Shown in pieces: positions 36,683-50,757 of a DNA stretch of 64,000 nucleotides. The first letter of the stretch is position 1. Every line of letters starts with the position of its first letter. Both the position numbers and the translations under genes were made by a program. The DNA comes from Eledone cirrhosa (Eukaryota): positions 102,176,001-102,240,000 of the forward strand of contig OZ024745.1 of the NCBI GenBank assembly GCA_964016885.1, given 5' to 3'. A model generated the notes under the pieces. The model saw only the letters and a program-made list of their open reading frames with translations, was not told where the DNA came from and did no database searches.

Positions 36683-39099
36683 GTGAGGTTTTTTTTTTAC
36701 AAAATGAAAAGTAACCGAGGTCTTTAAGTGAACATTAATCTGTTATTGAAAGAATATATATATATATGTGGATGTGTTTGTGTGTGATTTATAAAGTATC
36801 AAGTTTTTCATTAAATCAATCTGTTGATTTATTTTGAAAGCAATCTCAGCTTGAAAGAGATAGAAGCCAGGAATATTTGTTGAGAAATAAAATGAATCAA
36901 AACATACACACTTACATACTAATGCCAGTATGGAAAAATGGACATTAAAGGATGATATATATATATGCATGTGTATATATATATATAAATATGTGTGTGT
37001 GTATATATATATAATCCATAGCACAGAAGAGCAGATGTTAAATGAACAAAATATATTGCATCAATTTATAAACATCATTAACATTGTATAATATTTGATC
37101 TCAAAGAGGGATCCAACAAGCCAATCACAGCTTTTACTGCACATCATCATCATCATTCAATATCTATTTTCCATGCTTGCACAGGTTAGATGGGCTGTCA
37201 TATTATGACACTAGACAAGTTAGATGATCACGTCTTGCTCATATGTTCCATTTTTGGCTTGGTTTTCTAGGGAATGAGGCCCTTCCTAATGCCCTCCACT
37301 TTCACAGTCTATATTGGGAGCATTTTTTGGTGGAACCAGTACTACTTTCTTATAGGGTGGACTGGATGCCTTTCATCATGGCACCATCATGAGCACATTA
37401 AAGAGCAGACTGGGTACCTTACAGGATGTACTGAATGATTTTTGTTGTGGCTCTAACATGACTACCTTACGGTGTGGACTTTCTGTCATGGCACCAGCAT
37501 ATCCAAGTGGAAGAGCAAGTCACTTGCAATGTAGATGGCCTTGAAGAGATTGAGTTGTACTTGGCAATATATTGTGGTGCATATCCTGCTTGCCATACCT
37601 TTTCCTCCAAGTTATGCAACATTTAGTGTCGTTGAATGTTAGTTTTTCTCCCTGTATTCATTGGCCCTTCATATCACAACTTCATTCTACTGCAGATATT
37701 TCTCATATGTACACAGGCTTATGTTTTTAATGCACAGCTATTTTCTCAGTTCAGACAGTTCAGACATACCAACATATAGCTCTTGACTCACTCCTATCAA
37801 CTATATTGAATGGTTTCGATTTATCTGAACACAGATACTAGCGCATATACGTATATGGACTTTAAGGCAACAAGAAGCTATTCATTAATACCATTCTCCT
37901 GCAATATCTTCCCCAGCAAGTCCTATGGAATGTGATTATATTACTTTTTTTGGTTCATGAAACAAACATACACCTCTTGCCAATACTCCCATGATTTTTT
38001 TAATACCAGCAAATAGCAATACAGCCACCCAGTTATTAGTTGTGATATGTGGGCTCCTGCTAGACATATAAACAGCCCCAGACCAAACAGCAGTAAGCTA
38101 CTAAGAGATAGAGGAATGGATGACAATGTCAGCTCTCAAAAAAACTCACAACCCCCCAATATAATTACAATGTGTAAAGGCTACCTCTGAAAAAGCTTAG
38201 GCTTTGTGAGTTGGAGAAAATTACTAAATTGGTGACTAGTGCAAACAAGATCATCAAAAACTGCAGTATGGTCAGATGCATTAAAAGCTAGACAGTGTCT
38301 TTTATTACTTTTTTTTTAAAACAATTATTTCTTGGATAAGTAGATAAGAAATATGTTTAGAAAAGATCTAATTGACTGAACTGATATCAGCAATCTACCA
38401 ATATTTATTTCCTTGATCTTCTCAGGATAAATGGAAATAATTATATGAGCAAACACAAAATAATGTTGATCGTTAATAGATTAAACAGTTTGATAGTATG
38501 TAATTATGACCAAGTATATATCATCATCATCAAAGATTTACATCTATTTTCTGCCCTTGCATGAGTTAGACCTATTGTCATACAGAGGCCAGACAGATAT
38601 GTCAGGCAACTGTGTCTTGCTTATACATTCCATTTTGGCATGATTTCCATGTCTGGTTGACCAATCACTTCATAGAATGAATCAGATTATTTTCTCATGG
38701 TACTACCACTACTGCTTGTGAGCATGAACTGGGTATATTTTATCATGGTATTGACACTACCATTTTACAGAATGGGCTGGGTGCATCTTATTAAGACACC
38801 AGCACTTCTGACTTCCAGTGTAGTCTGACTGCTGAGAGCATTTTCTATTATGGTACCAGTGCTACCACATTTCAACACAAGCACACTTGCTTCCTTGGCC
38901 AGACTGAGAAAACAGTGATAGGGAGTGGGGTGGGGGGTGGGGGCTTAGGGTAAGTGAGTGATGTCTGGCAAAATTGTGGAGGGAGGCATGGCATTCAATG
39001 CTGATATAATTGGGAAAAGAAGTGGGGGTTTGGGGGATAAGTTTGGTGGTATGTGTTGAGGAATGGTGTTGGGTCATTAGATAGTGTTGAGGAAAACTC

Positions 39100-39510
39100 T
39101 GCCAAAAATGTGGAAAGCATGACATATATGATTCTCACTAATTACAGGCCTAACACTAGTCATGTAAGTGCTGTGCATAGTAGTGGGGGTGGCTAGAATG
39201 AGCCTTGAGGAACACCCACCTGTACTCTGCATTCCTCACTAAATCTATTACCTTACTAACAGCTCCCCGGTATATGGCTTGCACTGCTCTTAGGACCACC
39301 AAATGACAGAAAGAGGTACTCTGCCAACAAATGATAAATATAGTTTAAATATAGTCTCTTGTAGTTGTCTCACTATCACCCTGGCATAAAACCAAACTCC
39401 ATCTCATCTAATTTGACTCTTTCCCTAATTAGTTGTGCTAAATCTTTTTCAGTCACTTTCATTACTTAGTCAATTAGTTTTATGCCCTTGTAATTGCTCC
39501 TTTCTAGTGC
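39100..39510 (-). mobile_element. Highly decayed RTE RT fragment
   Basis: Minus-strand remnants of GDALE, DEMEFGF and VGVPQGS matching the 6842..8671 ORF. Confidence 0.55.
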
Positions 39511-40796
39511 ATCACCTTATCACACACACACACACATATTAAATCTGAATCTCAGTATTGGAATACCAATAGAATACTAATTTTAGAAAACAATAGGAAG
39601 TGACTAATAGCAATACAACAAATGACAATACCGACAATTGTTTTCTTCTACAATTTTTCAAAGTAAGTTTTCATTTATTGAAGCATGCACATAGAAATCT
39701 TATAAGTAAATTGTTATACATCTTAGATAATGAACTTAAAGTAAGTAAGAAATTCAAATCATAGAAACTATAATATAAAATCAATATAAATATTTATTTT
39801 AACTTTTTGTTCAAGTTGCCAATTTACACAAAGAAGCATATAACCCAAACATGCATAACACATTCTTGTATTAATAGTTAATTGATTGGAAATAATCATA
39901 TATTTATTATACTTATTCACCAACCAACCAAATTACTTCTCTAAAAACCTAGCATTTCGAGCCATTTTTTTCTATATAAAACAGAAGTAACATTCAAAGA
40001 CCAACCAGATGTGAGAAAAACCACAAACCCTCCATCTTAATTCTACTTTTGAAAAGCAGAAGATCTGCGAAACCGGTAAAGGAACCAAATAAATATAAAT
40101 TTTTTTAATAAAAGAAAAAAAAAAAAAAAGACTCCAGTTGCATTTTCGATTTCATCTTTTTTCCTTATACTTTCACTCGTGTAGGACACCATTTTTTTTT
40201 TTCATTTTGAAAAAAAAGCCACTTTCTAATATATATATACATACATATATATATATATACAGTGAAAAAAGTGTGGATGTTAGAAAACGTTCTGTACAGA
40301 CCACGTTATATAAGGAAAATGATAAAAAAGGGTTTGAAAAGCAGAAGCAGAAGAGAAATAATATAATCTTTCCATGCAAAATCCAAACACAACAGCTAAC
40401 AAACAAGTTTTCAGCTGCAGGTATATATCTAATAAAACATGGATCAGATCTCTCCAAAAATGCTTTCTTTCCTGTCTATTTTTAAAATGAATAAATAATT
40501 CTTAACTTTTTTTATTTAACAGTTTCATTATCATATTTCTAATGAAAGATGTTGCCTCAGTATTTCAAATAATTTTGAAAATAATCAGAAATTTGGATGG
40601 ATTTAGTGATATAACTAACTTTCTCATTATTAAGCTAGTGTTTAGAGTATAACTTAACATAGGTTCTTACATAAAGTATGAAATGCTAACCCATGATTGC
40701 AAGAATGATATATCAGTACCATTAACGTCTGTATAATGTTGTTTTAAACTAATTTCATAACACACACACACGTGTATCTCTCTTTCTTATATATAT

Positions 40797-41004
40797 ATAG
40801 GAACGAGTAGGACTCCGACGGCTGAGCTCAAGCCGTTTCGACGGCTAATTCTGGACCTAAATTCCGGTCCAGAATTAGCCATTGAAACGGCTTGAGCTCA
40901 GCCGTCGGGGTCCTACTCGTTCCTATTACCCACTCTACTACCCTAAGTATTGAGTACTTTGGTGCGTTATGGTCCATCTGGTTCCTTACCACATTTCCTT
41001 CGTT
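40797..41004 (+). mobile_element. Short Penelope-like end with 61-bp fold-back and the 3' half of a hammerhead, between (TA)n tracts
   Basis: Arms 40797-40857 and 40866-40926 differ at 3 positions; GAAAC-GGC-TTGAGCTCA-GCC-GTC at 40884-40906. Confidence 0.65.
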
Positions 41005-41290
41005 ATATATATATATATAATTATAATGGAAGGTTTTAGATAAATATAAAAACAGATTAAAATGATGATGATGATGACCATAAATACTTTAAAATAATCT
41101 GTTTTGTAGCACAGAACCAGGATTAGTTTTGGGTGATTTTTTATCAAAGGATTAAATCATTTGTCATTTATTATTTTGTTTCCATTAAAATATTTTTCTT
41201 CTATTTTATTAAAATTTATAAATGTTTCTTTCGTGTTTATTTTTCCCCCTGTTCAATTCAATTTTAGCTCTGTGCAAGCATCGAATAGTA

Positions 41291-41408
41291 ACTTAAAATG
41301 ATGATGATGAATCGAGCTGGTCAATTGTTAATTAAAAAAATATTGAATAGTGGACTTAGAATGATGATGATGAATCAAGCTGGTCAATTGTTGATTAAAA
41401 AAATATTG
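41291..41408. repeat. Tandem duplication of a ~55-bp unit
   Basis: ACTTA(A/G)AATGATGATGATGAATC(G/A)AGCTGGTCAATTGTT(A/G)ATTAAAAAAATATTG occurs twice. Confidence 0.85.
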
Positions 41409-42399
41409 TTATAAGATATTGGTAAACCATCTTGCTATAACATATAATTTATGACTTGGGTTACTCAAGTGGATGATTTTTAACTTTCTATACCTGTTAA
41501 ATTAGTGATTTAAAAATATAAAAATATTTTACCAAAATATCAATAACAATACCTGTATCACATAATTCTCAGTATCCTCTACCAGTATTGAAAAGTTTGG
41601 CATTTTAAATCCTCTAGAGTGTACGTATTAAGAGGAGGTTCCTTATTTCTTTAGTCCATAAAGTGACATTGCTAATTCTGAAAATGAATCTGAGTGCACA
41701 AAAAATGCAAGATGCAGAAGTTAAAATTATTAAACAGTTTTATGATTTCATTTCTTGAACAATAGTTTTTCATTTGCCCTAATCCTTTTCTTACTATATG
41801 TCTGATAAAAGACCCCTGCAATATGAAAATTGAAAATGATAAACAATTTGGAGGTATTTAGTAAAATATCTAAATTTCTCTTCATATATATCTTAATAAA
41901 TGTTCTCACACAAAATTATAACTTCAAGCCAAATGTAACCATTTTTACCTTGTAGGACATCTAACAAAATTACATTTTTCTTCATACACTCATCAAACTC
42001 CAAGAAACCTATATTATAATGCTGAACTACATGTGTTATAAACTCTGTGGTGTTCAATGTTTTAGTATCTTCTGCCTTTTTGAAAGACACTTTTGCTGAT
42101 ACACTGGTAAAATGATCATAGAATACATTTGTTGAGCCAGAGGAGATTTCAGGTAGTGTGACATCAAACGGGTTAACCATATCAGAAATTAATGTTGGCC
42201 AACCTGCCAGTGTATCAGCAGAATTGTCTTTCAAAAACGTAGAAGATATTAAAACTTTGAATATCAAAAATCAGAAAAAAAATAGGAGAGTTTATAACAC
42301 ATGTAGTGCAGCATTAGGTTTCTTGCAGTTTGATGAATATATAATTTTGTCAAATGCCCTACAAGGCAAAAATGGCTATATTGGGCTTGAAGTATTTTC

Positions 42400-43720
42400 A
42401 AAATAGTAAAGGGCCATTTGTTCTCATAAAAGAAAATAGAATATTGGGAAATAGATTTAGGGAAAGAAAGTTGGTGTTCATAGCCTGTTTATTCTCTAGA
42501 GAAGCAAGTAGCTTTGTGCTTTTGTTTGTTATTTTCATGAAATACCAATCAGACTTCATTGGAGCCAGAAAATGGATTCAATCATTGAAAAACACTAGAA
42601 AAGCTAAGTCTCATGACACCTCCCATAAAAAAAAAAAAAAAATAAATCATCAATACTGCTTCTCTGAATAGAAGGAGATGAAAGGAATTATTTGAGAAAA
42701 TAGAGTTTCAAGTTCAAATTCTACCAGATATTGTCCATGGAATTCTCTATTGTATATCATGTTTAGCCAATCCACAAATGATCCTATATACAGGAAGAAG
42801 AAAGCAATTTTGGAGGAAATTGAAATTGTTGGCAACTTTGACTCTTTCCTAACAGAACATCTCAGTAATGTAGAAAAGAACCTTAGACAATGTTTATTTA
42901 TCTGCAATAGTTCAAAACGAATGTGTTCAGTTATAAACTTCTACTGTTTACTAGAAACTGTTATATAGAATTTATAAAACTAAATAGTTTTACCTTATAT
43001 TTGAATCTAATCCAGATAAAGCACAACAGTTGATTACATTGATATTGATTTTATAAAGAAAACAATTTCATAAAAAAAAGTATTTACTTGGATTTATAAA
43101 ATTAAAACAAAAGCAAGTAGGAAACATGGTAAAAGTAATTTCAGAACAACTTGTAGAAGATGAAATGCTGTTAAAAGGCTGTTTATATAAATGCTGTAAC
43201 AATGCTGCAGTTATGGTTGGCTATATAAGTGAAGCTTAACAGAAGGTTAATTTAACAAATCTCAAAGCTATTTTTGTAAACTGCAATAAACATTCCCTAA
43301 ACTTGATTGGATTGCGTGCTGCTTACTAAAATGGTAGCTTTTTTGGTGCAATTCAATTACTTAATTTATTCATTTCTTGCTCAACACTTTGTTGGCAAAA
43401 GCTGTAAGATACTATACCAATACTGTCAAATATGAATCTAAAACATGAAGTGTTAGAACTGAGACCGTTAAAGCAATTCATGAATACTTTGATATAAAAA
43501 ATATCACAGTTCATAAATATTATAGATATCATAATGGAACTTTTGCAAAGTATGGCTGATAATCAAAAATCAAACAACTAATGCAGAACATGATGCAAAG
43601 CTGTTGTTGGATTCTTATTCAGAGTGATCATGTTCAAAAGTGTCTCCAAAATCATGCAATAAACTTTCATATTGCTTGTGAGTTAAAGGCTCTTTAAAGT
43701 TATTTTCTAAATAGTTTAGT
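42400..43720 (+). pseudogene. Decayed hAT transposase (ZMYM1/TTF-zinc-finger type)
   Basis: NNAAVMVGYISEA*QKVNLTNLKAIFVNCNKHSLNLIG (~43198-43311) resembles hAT DNAxxMxG...CxxHxLNL; also GNFDSFLTEHL; boundaries approximate. Confidence 0.75.
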
Positions 43721-43925
43721 ATCATTTACTAGTTAATTACTTGAAACTGAAACTATATGATGAATAACAGATCTATGGTGTTATGCAGTAATACAGAAGA
43801 CCTGACTTCCCCTGGGCACAGGCCAAAACTGAAGCATATATATAGTATGCATCACCCCACCCAACCCACTCCCATACATCTCCCTTGAGGACAGGCTGAA
43901 GTATATATCCATTGAAGCTTCCATC

Positions 43926-44305
43926 CCACACTGTAAAGTGGTCATGTAGGCATTATGACAAAAAGCACCCAGTACTCACTGTAAATGAGGTTGGTGCTAG
44001 GAAAGGCATCCAGCTGTAGAACCAAGCCAAAATCAGTTCTGTATGAGCAAGACATGGTCACCTGACTTGCCATTGCTCACAACAGGATAACTTGTCTAAC
44101 CCATGCTAGCATAGAAAAATGGACCTTAAATGGTGATGAGGATGATATTATATCATCATCATCACCGTTTTACGTCCGTTCTTCCATGCTAGCATGGGTT
44201 AGACGGGTTGTCCTCTTGTGGGCAGTGTCCGGTCGGCTGACCTTGTCTTGCTCATAGGGGAACTGATTCTGGCTTGATTTCTACAGCTGGATGCCCTTCC
44301 TAACA
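43926..44305. mobile_element. Tail-to-tail pair of RTE-tail elements (43926-44146 +, 44153-44305 -)
   Basis: (GAT)n and (CAT)n tails meet at ~44150 and the bodies are mutually complementary. Confidence 0.8.
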
Positions 44306-45496
44306 ATACTTCAGCTATGCTGGTATAGTCACTGCTTCCATCTCTCTCATTCTCCCCATCTGTCCTTATTATAAGCAAATGGGGGCCCAAACACTAGCCA
44401 CCCCACAGCTCTGGCAAAATTTGTTTAAATATTTCTGTATAAAAGTGGAAATCTTTTTCTCTTTATATTTTCACCTAATAAAGTATTTTAATTAGTCATA
44501 TAATCTTAACATTTTAGTGAACGGGAATTTGTGACAATCATACTTTTGATAAATACATTAAATGGCTGAAGTAATTCTAAATAAGAACCAAAACCAGCTG
44601 TTTCTTTTTCATTCTTTTATGTAAGTGTATTTGAGTGTGTGTTTGTGTGTTTCTGTATAATTGTGTATATGTGTGTGTATAATGTGTGTATGTGTACATA
44701 CATGTGTTTTACTTGATCAATCAAGATTTCTCTTCAGTGTCAGTGTTTGATTCCTGAACTTAATAATTATTTCTACTTTAGTCACAAGGCCAGCAATTTG
44801 AAGGGGAAAGGAAAGTCGATTAAATCGACCCCACAGCATTACTGGTGCTTTATTCCTGAACTTAATAATATCACCAAATTTGCTAAATTCTAGCCAAGTC
44901 AAAGAGTGCAAACTGTCAAAGTATCGGCTGCTCTTTGATAGCTTTGTTATCAAGCCTGTGGCAGTAGAGACTTCCACCGTACTTGGCCTCTGGGCCACAT
45001 CTCTACTTACTGCTTTTGGGGCGGAGTTAGCTCCCTGCAAGTCTGAGCACCACAAGGTAGAGTGACTGTTCCAGTGCATCTCCCTGACCATCCTCCAAGA
45101 CAATTGTCTTCATCTTGTCCACCAGGATTATGAGGCGGACTAACTCTTAAACAGTTATTAGTAAATACAGATCTCTCTCTCTCACACACACACACACGCA
45201 GTAAATAGTTATAAAATTAAAATAGCAGAAATTATCTCTGTAGTATATACCTCTATAATATATATCTCTGTAGTATATACTTATTTGAAGAGGTAGCAGG
45301 TTAAATAGAACTTAGTAGTAACAGTTTATATGGGGAAAAGAAATACAAGGAATGGACATGACGTTAGGTTTTGTCATTTAATACCAGGTTAGCACTGAAT
45401 GAGATGACATGTAACTATAAGCATTCCAGCCATTACCATCACATCATTTTATGGGTTTATAAGACTACATAGTCCAGTGTATTCTTTGAAAAGGAA

Positions 45497-45617
45497 ATAA
45501 TTGTTTCTACTTTTGGCACAAGGCCAGCAATTACCCAGTGTATTACTGGTACTTTATTTTATCGACCCCGTAAGGATGAAAGGCAAAGTTAACCTCGGCG
45601 GGATTTGAACTCAGATC
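45497..45617 (-). mobile_element. SINE family A, 5'-truncated, inserted into an older repeat
   Basis: Reverse complement of the family body and tail; similar minus-strand fragments at 18156-18257 and 44762-44855. Confidence 0.8.
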
Positions 45618-48600
45618 ATATAATGTAAGGGTGTTATTTGAAGGAAATTTTGCAATTTTTTATATCAAGGACAGTGACATGGTCAGGTCTCTTTCATTGA
45701 CTTGCATCCATTCCATTTATCACTTTTAATCCTTCATTTTGAGATTTACTGACTACAACAGAGAAATCATTCTTTCTGCTTCTGGATGGTCTCTTCTAAA
45801 AATATTATTCACTTTTCTGTTATATTGCTGTCTTGTGGATAGCCTCTATTTTTTTCATTTTTCAACCACACTGTCACCAATAAGTTTATTCATCTTTCAA
45901 GTTTTAGTCATATAATTGGAATATCTATTTCACCAACGATTACATTTCAATGTTAGTTATATTTTTCTTTCATACTCACTATTTCCATGGTTACTTGTCT
46001 GTTAATGTAACACAAGTCGGCTTTTTACAAACAATAACATCAACTTCTATATTTCCTTCTACTTTCCCTGACATGAGGTTTATTTGTCAATACCTAACAA
46101 ATAAAACAATTAATCAGATATATCTTTCAGAGGACAAGACACTCTCATCCTCCCCTCCTCCAAGAGACTCTTCTTTTATTAATAATATAGCCACAACTCA
46201 TGGTTTCTCTCAGTGACACAAGACCACAAACATACATGTTTCATTGAATCTTTTGCCACATGTTCCTACTACTTATTGTATTAACTCTATAAATTGACAA
46301 TGTTAGTTGAAAATGGATTTGAACCCAGGAGACTGAAGCACAAAATTAAATTCTATAGTTCTTATCTGACGTTTGCAATAAGAAAGATTTTTTTTAATTG
46401 CCACACAAATAACTGATGACGGGCATTATAATGCCAAATTAGAAAGTGGTGGTGATGGTAGTGGAGAGGTTTATAGTCAGTAATGAAGTATGGAAAACAA
46501 GCAGGAAAAAACAACAACAACAAAGAAACACAATAGAGGAGGAGCAATCATTTAAGGCCAATCAGAGAACCCTATAGGATCAGGATCATTCTTGCTACAT
46601 TCAGCCATCCTAATATACTGGGAGTGACATTTCCCTCTTCACCCTCACCTTCCTTTCCAAGTGAAACTTGAAAGTGTTGATAAGGGCTTGGCCAAAGAGG
46701 AATGTGTCTGTTTTCAGCCCTTTTAGACATGTCCACAATAAAATCTCTTTCATCATATCAACTAGACAGAGGAAAATTACCTGCCCTTCATGACTAAGAG
46801 GACAGCAAGGTGAGCTTCACAATGGAGTCAGTCAACAGCCAGATCTGTTGAAGTATAGCACCGCACCATCATTCTCATCATTACCATCATCATACTTTAC
46901 CATCCATTTGTCCTACTAGCAAACATTGGACAGGTCATTAGAAACCAATTTAATACTTAATTGGCGATATGGACCACTCTGATGGACCAGAGGCTGAATC
47001 TCACTCACATATCTTTAGGCATAAAGCCTCAAGTTTGCGAGGCTAGGATATAGTTGAGTATATTGACCCCACTACTTAACTGGTATATTTTACTGACCCT
47101 GAAAAGTTGAACAGTAAAGTTGACCTAACTAAGTGGGATTAGAACACAGAACTTAAGAACTGGAAGAAATACCACAAGGAATTATTTCTGACATTGTAAC
47201 GATTCTGCTAATCTATAAATATAGAGTTCGGAAAAGTATAATCTGAATCAGTGTATCTTCAGAGTAAAATATATTGTAGAAAGTTGTTGTCTCCTTTGCA
47301 CTAAATAGTGTCACAGAAATGAAATAATTGATTTCTTACATTGGCATAATGCCAACCATTTAAGAGAAAGGTTATAGTTGATTGAATTGATTTCCAGTAT
47401 GTTTTTGGTACTTTTTTCTTATTAATATCAGAAAGATGAAAGGTACAAATTAACCCTTAAAATATGAATATAAATCACAAAACAACTTTATCTCTTGTTC
47501 TACCAATTCTGTCATTCACTACCCTCACAGAAGCAACACAATTATTAGCTGCAACACAAGATAGTAAGACATAAAATAGAATAAGAGTAGTGAAGGTTAA
47601 ATGTAGAAAGTATATAGATAATGTAATTGTAAAAAGTAATAGCATTTTACTAAAAGATGTAATGTAAAAAAATAATAATTTGATAAAGAATCAGCAACTT
47701 CCCTTGCATTTAATAAAGCAAAGGAAAATGTTCTATAGAATAATGAGTAATGAAGTAAAAACCGATGAATATGCTAAGAAATATGAACATATGCAATGAT
47801 ATATTTATGATTCAGTTTCCTCTTTGTCATTGAAACTGCCATAACAGAATTCAGGATTGCAAATCTGGGAAAAGTTTTTTATGCCACCAATTTTGTTCAT
47901 TTTGCAGAGAAATTTGAAGCCTGGCAAAATTACCTCAACACATGCAATATTTCTCTTGCAATTCACTAGGTATATGTTCCTATTTATTTAAAAAATAACT
48001 TTTAAAATTTGAAGAAATTTAGTAAAATAATAATTTCCAAGTAACAAATTTTTTTTATTTTAAATCAAAAAGAATAGATTTGTACTTTTGTACTTTAACA
48101 TCAATGATTAAATAAATGACTTAGTGAGTAATAGTTATACTATATAATGTAAAAAAAGCTATATCCTAGTCCAAGGTTATAATAAAAGACAATTGTCCAA
48201 GGGGCCACAGAGTATGATTGACCCTTGGACCAGTTGTGAAACAGCCTTCTAAACCACACAGCAATATTGTACCTATAGTTGTTTTATATTCATTTCTCAA
48301 ATAATCATTCATCTAAACACAAGTCTTAATCACCAATATTAGAATTCATTATTAGACATCTAATAAAAGTCTCTGGAACTCATAAAAATATGTTATCCAA
48401 TTTTAATTATTTGCTAAAGATTTCTTAATGTACTTATCCCCCTTGCAAGCAGGGAAAAGCGGACATAAAATGATGATGATGATGATGATTACATCTCTGT
48501 ATTTAGATTGTATTCTGTTGGTATGTACACAACATGTTTATTTTCTTATCAAGGTGAAGGTTATTAGAGTGAAATGTCAGTAGCCAGACTTCATAATTGT

Positions 48601-49494
48601 GGACTAATTTCACTTCATGTCTGATGCATTACTAAGGAAATTAAAAGATTTCAATGTCTGTCAATTTCTTTTAACTTTACAGCCTGAAAGCCATTAAAAA
48701 TACTCATTTGATCTGACATCTTTCAAGGAAGAAGGAACAGGAAGTGAAGAATTATTCTCATTGTAAGAATGATGTAAATCACTTTGGAATATATCTGGCT
48801 ATTCAAATCAGGAAGATAAGAAATTAAGTATTATGTTTATTGTTAGAAGGCCTATCCTGAACATTTTGTTATTAATGTGATTGTCTGGAAGTATATAAAA
48901 GAATCGCAGGATTTGGCGTTGAATGCTACACTTATCAACATACAAAATAATAGGAAATATATAACTTAAGCCCCTCCTCCTCCTACAAAACCACTTTATC
49001 CACAAAGATTTTATCAATACTCCTACAGCCATCATCATCATCACCATTAAAATCACTGTCATCACAGCTTTACAACCTTTTGCCACAAGCACTTTCATCA
49101 TTGCTATCATCATAACATTATCAACATCATCTTTAAAGCCATGGTTATCATCACAATCACCAAGTATAATTACAAACATCTTATCTAATTGCTTTAAGCT
49201 ATGTTATCATTAGTCTACTACTTCTCATCATCATCATGGTCGTTGACATCATCATGGTCATTGAAATCATCATCATCATCATCAGTATTTTACATCCATG
49301 CACTGGATAGGTTTGTTCCAACATAGCATCACAACAATTGTTGCAGTTATTTGTCATCTAATATATACAACAGCAGAGAAAACAGCCAATCTTTGCTGTT
49401 GGGTATTTAACAGAAAGTATGGTTGTTGTATATATATATATTAAAGGAGCATTTCATACTTATATACTCCTCCATCTTAGCAGTATTATATAGA

Positions 49495-49966
49495 TGTAGT
49501 AGTCCTATTATAATTACCAGCTTAGCAGAGTTATAAAAGTAGTAATGTAATAGTTATAGCACCACGAGTAACCAGTTCGGTAGAAAGATGTGATAGGAAT
49601 ATCGACAACTACTTTAGAATGTTTTACATTATTTATTAACAAAGGTTGAGCTGAGTAGAGCTGAGTAGAGTGGACATGCCAAGAGAAATAAAACAAACGA
49701 ATTAAGATTTCAGAAAGGCACGGTCTACTGGCTGAAGTGTTGCCAGGCCGTGGTTAAATTGTTGTAACATATTGGCCAGTGATTTCATGGCGAAAGAAAA
49801 GCAGTTGTTTACCTTAGCGCTGTCGAGGTGCAAGAGAGAGATTTCTCGAATCGACGCGGGAATTTTTCCCTCAGGGAGTGTAGAGATACATTCTCCTCCA
49901 CTGGCTGGGCTGAGCCAAATAACGCACGGAGAATGTATATGAGCTCACAGAATCTAGATCACTACA
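49495..49966 (-). mobile_element. LTR (472 bp) with adjacent polypurine tract; decayed internal sequence probably continues to ~50700
   Basis: TGTAGT...ACTACA termini; TCCCCCTTCCT at 49968-49978 (minus-strand PPT AGGAAGGGGGA); AATAAA on the minus strand inside. Confidence 0.7.
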
Positions 49967-50757
49967 ATCCCCCTTCCTAGTCATCAGACGATAAATATTA
50001 TTGAATCAGCAGGAAAAATGCTGAAAGAGCACATCAATAGAAAAAATTGAACAAAAGAATGCATGCAAGAAGAAAATTGAGGCGCTATGTCAAATGACTA
50101 GCTGTTTTGTAGTTTATACGTGACCACAAGGGGTCTAACAGAAAACGGATAAAGTCTGACATGGGCGAAGTTGCTGTTCTTGCATTAAATGTTAATGGTA
50201 AGTGTTATACGAAAGCTGCCAAGAAGATGATGGGTAGGTGAGAAATTGTTGACCTCCCAGATGAATTGCCAGAAGTGCTAGGCAGCCAGGAAAAAAATGG
50301 CTGGTTGCTTTGAAAAGAAAAATGCAAGTTGAATCTGTAGGTGGGTAGTAGTTGAAGTGTAAATTCTATTATTCTGGCGAATCCATAGGAAAAATGGTGG
50401 AAATTCTGACAGGTCCAGCTCCATTTGTTGTTTTCCCAGTGAGTCGGGTAAAGTAACAAGATAGAGATTGTTATGCTATAGGACGATGAGTGTGCAACGA
50501 GATGCTGAACTGTTTGAATCGAGCTGCAATTAGCATTCTCGTGTTGCAGTGCAGGTGAATTAAGCTGCATGTGTCGATATCATGTTTTGGTACCTCCAGA
50601 AGGTGAAAAGGGATCTCGCAGAATATTACTTCAATTGCTAGCTTCAATTTATTTGAAAAAACAGACAAGCAAACATTTAAATATATTTCATAGTTCAATT
50701 ATTATTGCTTAAATACTCAAAAAAAAGCACACAAAAAAAAAAACAATCAACAGCAAA

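Noticed and set aside
46413-46440. CTGATGA followed by a GGCAT-TATA-ATGCC hairpin
   Set aside because: Lacks GAAA and stems I/III, and has no Penelope or (TA)n context.
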